Below, piece after piece: positions 61,673 through 64,000 of a stretch of DNA of 64,000 nt. Source of the DNA: an uncultured Verrucomicrobiae bacterium. Lineage in GTDB: Bacteria > Verrucomicrobiota > Verrucomicrobiia > Palsa-1439. Location: NCBI GenBank assembly GCA_963812605.1, contig CAWEWF010000005.1:160001-224000 (forward strand), read 5' to 3'. How positions within the stretch are numbered: the stretch's first letter is position 1; each line of letters begins with the position of its first letter. The translations under genes and the position numbers were made by a program. Under the pieces are notes generated by a model. The model worked only from the letters and a program-made list of their open reading frames with translations. It made no database searches and was not told the DNA's origin.

Positions 61673-63670
61673 TCAGTGCGTGACTTGCAACCGGAGGAAA
61701 CGTGCGGTCAGCGGATCGGATGGAACCAGATCGCTGACCGTCCAGGTCTCTGTCCCGTCGCAGTTGTCAACGGGGGGGCCGACGGGCGCGGTAAAACCCG
61801 GCCCCGAATTCCACGTGATGAGGTCGCTGGAAACCTGGACCGTGTAACTGATGTCCGTGTTGTAGAGGACCGCGTTGTAGGTCAGGGCCAGATAATTTGT
61901 ACCGCCAATATTTTGAATACTGGCGACCGGCAATCCGGCGAGACTGGGGACCTGGGGGTTTAGTCCCAGCGCGTATTTCATCAAATTCTGGATGCCGTCC
62001 CCGGCGGGATCGGCTGTATCTCCGCTGATCGTGGAGTCGGCCAGTTGCGCAGCCGTAAAATTGGCTTGACGCCAGAGTTGATAAGGCGCGGTCAATTGGC
62101 CGTAAACGACAAGTTGGTTGGCCCCGGTCGGCGCGTAAACCTTTCCATTGGCGATGGTCGGCGAGGCATACTTAACGTAGCTCCCCAGCGAATCGCGCGT
62201 AAACTTCTCCTGACTGTTCCACAATTCGTGCCCGACGTTGCCAGCGTCGTAGGCAACGATCATGCCGCCCGCGGCATCGCAGATGCCCCAGAGAATCCCG
62301 GAGCCGGGTGCGTTGCCATTGGCCGACAAGGACAGACCGCCGGCACGGTCCTGCGTCAGACTCCCTTGGGCCAGCGGGTTGGTTTGAATGGAGGAACCCG
62401 TGAAGTCGAACGCCTTGATCACATCGCCGGCGCCCCACGTAAACAGAAACTGATTGCTCGGACCGTTCCAATAGACCGGGTTTTGTGCACCGCAACACAC
62501 CGGCGCCACAGCCGGAAATTCCTGGAGGATGTTCGTGTCGGAAGTCGCCGTGCTATACCCGCCCATGTTGTCACGATTCAACAGGTACAACACGCCCGTT
62601 TTGCCGATCCCGACAACCATGTTCGTGGTGGGAAGCAGGAGCGTCCCGGTAGCACCCAGGTCCAGGTCAGAGGCGTTGAGCGTACTCTGATTGTACGGCG
62701 TGAACCAGGTGGCGACGGCCAATGCATTGTTGGAGATGCTGAGCTTCATGAATGTGTCGCCAACGTCCGGCCCGCCGGTGTCGCCGTCAAAGCTGCCATT
62801 GCCGGTCACCACGTAGATATTGCCGTCGGAATCGGCGGCCGGTCCCGTGCCGCATCCCCAAATCCCGCCCTCACTGCCGTTGGGAGTGGTGTTGAGGACG
62901 TACACCTGCTGGAGATTGGTTGCGCCGTAACCGAACAACCACCCGTGCCAGGGAGGCGAGTCGCAGTGAGATCCGTAAGCCAGGTACACCACGTTGCTCG
63001 ATAGCAATAAACCGGGACGGTTGTGTTGGTACGCCGCGTTGAAGGAAACCATGGTGCCGCCATCGCCCGTGCCCGGAACGGATGCCTGGACGACCACGGG
63101 CCCGCCGAATTTCTCCTGCCCCGTCGCAATATCCAAAGCGTGCAAGCGGTGAAAGAAGTTACCCGCGCCTTCCTCGGTTTTGGCGTCGACGTACATCGTG
63201 CCCGTGGTCAGGTCGATGACTGGCGTGCTGGTGATCCCGACGATGGGCGACAAATCAGCGCAGTTATTCAAATCCGCAATGGGAACTGGCGGACCGAGGT
63301 TCACATTCCAGAGCGCGTTGGACGCAGCCGCATTGTCAGCATCAAACGCGAACACGCTGTTGCTCTCGGTGCAGACGTACACGACGTTGTGGAATTGATT
63401 GGAGATGCTCACCGCATGGACGTACAGCGGCTGCGCATAGATCTGCCCGTCGACGGAGCGGCTGAAGACTTTTCCGAAGTGCGCCGGGCTCAAATTGGAA
63501 GTGGTGAGGACAAATTCCTCGAGATCCGCTCCCGTGCGGAGATTATCGTTGTGCTGTGTCAGAACGTTGGCTGCAATCGCCGCAAACGGCGATAAGAACG
63601 CGATAAAAGCAACGGTGGCAGAAACGACCTGATGACAATCCTTTCGAGTTCTTCCCTGAGTGCGCTTCAT
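61673..63670 (-). CDS. Secreted PQQ-like beta-propeller protein with C-terminal DGxxNLxxYALGLNP domain
   Basis: Signal peptide, VLTQHNDNLRTG, VDGQIYAQPLY, GITSTPVID, PTIANGKVY; C-terminus YTVQVSSDL..W..RFLRLQV. Confidence 0.85.
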   Translation of the reverse strand: MKRTQGRTRKDCHQVVSATVAFIAFLSPFAAIAANVLTQHNDNLRTGADLEEFVLTTSNLSPAHFGKVFSRSVDGQIYAQPLYVHAVSISNQFHNVVYVCTESNSVFAFDADNAAASNALWNVNLGPPVPIADLNNCADLSPIVGITSTPVIDLTTGTMYVDAKTEEGAGNFFHRLHALDIATGQEKFGGPVVVQASVPGTGDGGTMVSFNAAYQHNRPGLLLSSNVVYLAYGSHCDSPPWHGWLFGYGATNLQQVYVLNTTPNGSEGGIWGCGTGPAADSDGNIYVVTGNGSFDGDTGGPDVGDTFMKLSISNNALAVATWFTPYNQSTLNASDLDLGATGTLLLPTTNMVVGIGKTGVLYLLNRDNMGGYSTATSDTNILQEFPAVAPVCCGAQNPVYWNGPSNQFLFTWGAGDVIKAFDFTGSSIQTNPLAQGSLTQDRAGGLSLSANGNAPGSGILWGICDAAGGMIVAYDAGNVGHELWNSQEKFTRDSLGSYVKYASPTIANGKVYAPTGANQLVVYGQLTAPYQLWRQANFTAAQLADSTISGDTADPAGDGIQNLMKYALGLNPQVPSLAGLPVASIQNIGGTNYLALTYNAVLYNTDISYTVQVSSDLITWNSGPGFTAPVGPPVDNCDGTETWTVSDLVPSDPLTARFLRLQVTH

Positions 63671-64000
63671 TGACGACCTCGATTTCTGATGCTACAGAAC
63701 GTTCGCATCCGATTGAAGAGTCGGGCAACTCATCCGACCTTTCCCATAGGACCTACGGCCCGCGACCGTCGGGGGTCATTCAGTTTCCTTGATCAGCATT
63801 TTACTCCCTCGGACACTGCTATCAAGCCTTTTTTGCGACTCCGGCGGAGATGCCTTCGGCTCTTGATTGCGTTCCGCAGCGATTTTCGTCCAAAGCCTTT
63901 GTTTATGGGGCTCAATTACATCTCAATAACATTGACTTGTGAAGCGAATCCGGGAAATGTGGGCCTAATTGATTTTCTAGGCGGTATCTGCCGGTTGCCA

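Noticed and set aside
63932-64000. c-di-GMP-I riboswitch on the plus strand (GGGCCTAA...GCCGGTTGCC)
   Set aside because: It lacks the GGCAAAC and GACGCAAA elements, and the downstream context is cut off by the window edge.

Overview
GC-rich bacterial chromosomal window. A PVC-superphylum (probably Verrucomicrobiota) origin is inferred from a PEP-CTERM protein and the style of the secreted proteins. Most of it is housekeeping or metabolic: TatD, a nucleotide-sugar dehydrogenase, a shortened YgfK-like Fe-S protein with PLP enzymes and an amidohydrolase, an MntH/MntR/TonB-ExbBD-TBDR manganese cluster with visible operators, SerA-like dehydrogenases, rnc, xerD, a DtxR-ferritin-FTR1 operon, lutABC, a sugar-acid/gnd/KDG-kinase operon, xylB, a glucosylglycerate/mannosylglucosylglycerate cluster and tRNA-Ser(GCT). 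Many genes carry single-base frameshifts, most likely uncorrected long-read indels. The best candidate for an undescribed system is a lower-GC, translationally coupled two-gene operon at 35225-37746. It pairs a 211-aa protein whose pattern reads like a truncated HK97-fold capsid protein with an intact caspase-family protease, suggesting a capsid-mimic/caspase anti-phage module. It sits between two stacks of different REP-like and short-tandem repeat ends. Other oddities are a diverged duplicate of a gene 3' end around an orphan antitoxin-like gene, a REP doublet inserted in frame in an enzyme gene, a four-helix-bundle gene inside inverted repeats within an operon, and a 69-bp direct repeat after the tRNA. 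All family assignments come from motif recognition by eye; no searches were run.
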